DNA from: Anaerolineae bacterium
GTDB taxonomy: Bacteria; Chloroflexota; Anaerolineae; Epilineales; JAHCIE01
NCBI GenBank assembly: GCA_046328535.1
Contig: JAXLWJ010000031.1
Location: forward strand, 109 to 64,108
DNA: 64,000 nucleotides
Direction: 5' to 3'
The position numbers were made by a program, and so were the translations under genes. Shown one piece after another: positions 63,553-64,000 of the stretch. The stretch's first letter is position 1, and each line of letters opens with the position of its first letter. The notes below the pieces were generated by a model. The model had not been told where the DNA came from and did not search any database. It saw nothing but the letters and a program-made list of their open reading frames with translations.

Positions 63553-64000
63553 ATGCCGACGGTCGTCTGTCACGGCGAGCTTCTGATTGACTTTGTTCCC
63601 ACCGTCTCTGGCGTTGACTTGATCGAGGCGCCGGCGTTCAAGAAGGCGGCCGGCGGCGGCGTCGCCAATGTGTCGGTCGGGCTGGCCCGCCTCGGCGTGT
63701 CCAGCGGGTTCATGGGCCAGGTGGGGGACGATCCGTTCGGCCACTTCCTGGCCCTGACGTTGGATGAGGCGGGCGTGGATACGTCCACGCTGTGCTTCTC
63801 CGCTGACGCGCGCACGATGCTGGCCTTCGTCGCTCTCAAGGCCGACGGCGAGCGCGACTTCATCTTCTACCGCAACCCCAGCGCCGACATGCTCTATCGG
63901 CCGGACCAGGTCGCCCAGGACTACGTGCGCGGCGCGACCCTGCTGCACGTCAGCTCCATCAGCACGATCACCGAGCCGGCGCGCAGCGCGACGATGCTGG
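63553..64000 (+). CDS. PfkB-family carbohydrate kinase (fructokinase-like), 3'-truncated by window end
   Basis: MPTVVCHGELLIDFVPT...FKKAAGGGVANVSVGLARLG...; open to window end so absent from ORF track. Confidence 0.8.
   Translation, partial: MPTVVCHGELLIDFVPTVSGVDLIEAPAFKKAAGGGVANVSVGLARLGVSSGFMGQVGDDPFGHFLALTLDEAGVDTSTLCFSADARTMLAFVALKADGERDFIFYRNPSADMLYRPDQVAQDYVRGATLLHVSSISTITEPARSATML

Noticed and set aside
63511-63948. Minus-strand ORFs 63511-63948 and 63570-63863
   Set aside because: They are antisense to a clear PfkB kinase N-terminus on the plus strand, which is open to the window end.
1-64000. tRNA, rRNA or other classical RNA genes
   Set aside because: No T-loop/anticodon-arm-like cloverleaf candidates or rRNA-like conserved blocks were recognised by eye in the intergenic gaps. 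A tRNAscan or Rfam scan would be needed to be sure.

Overview
High-GC bacterial chromosomal segment. Gene content and repeat style suggest a filamentous Chloroflexota-like organism, but that is inference only. The window spans the replication origin: dnaA (32356-33729) is followed by a DnaA-box cluster and an AT-rich stretch (about 33.8-34.25 kb), with no dnaN next to it. Most genes are housekeeping or transport:
- a PEP-utilising (rifampin-phosphotransferase-like) enzyme
- a beta-lactamase-family hydrolase
- a SARP/BTAD-ATPase-TPR regulator
- a molybdopterin oxidoreductase large subunit
- an HpaB-like monooxygenase
- LivJHM-like and sugar ABC transporters
- a two-component system
- a Fur-family regulator with a P1B-type ATPase
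- a phospholipid-head-group cluster
- a Wzz/BY-kinase/phosphatase plus rmlA/rmlB polysaccharide block

Accessory content:
- an intact IS3-family element inserted exactly at the antitoxin/toxin junction of a relBE-like operon
- a PIN/RHH pair and a DUF433/PIN-like pair
- a secreted barnase-type RNase with barstar
- a RAYT (REP-associated tyrosine transposase) flanked by its REP hairpins, sitting between rmlA and rmlB

Three signals stand out:
1. Almost every intergenic gap is filled by at least seven distinct hairpin-repeat families. One is a 150-180 nt multi-hairpin element in three copies. Its differences between copies are compensatory or G-U compatible on one strand only. Each copy lies sense-oriented just 3' of a stop codon, which makes it a candidate structured RNA or MITE.
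2. A hairpin unit with a conserved loop and freely covarying 5-bp stems.
3. A roughly 1,600-codon secreted vWA protein gene interrupted by a single in-frame TGA.

I recognised no rRNA, tRNA or CRISPR array. Coordinates of starts and repeats were counted by hand and may be off by a few nt.
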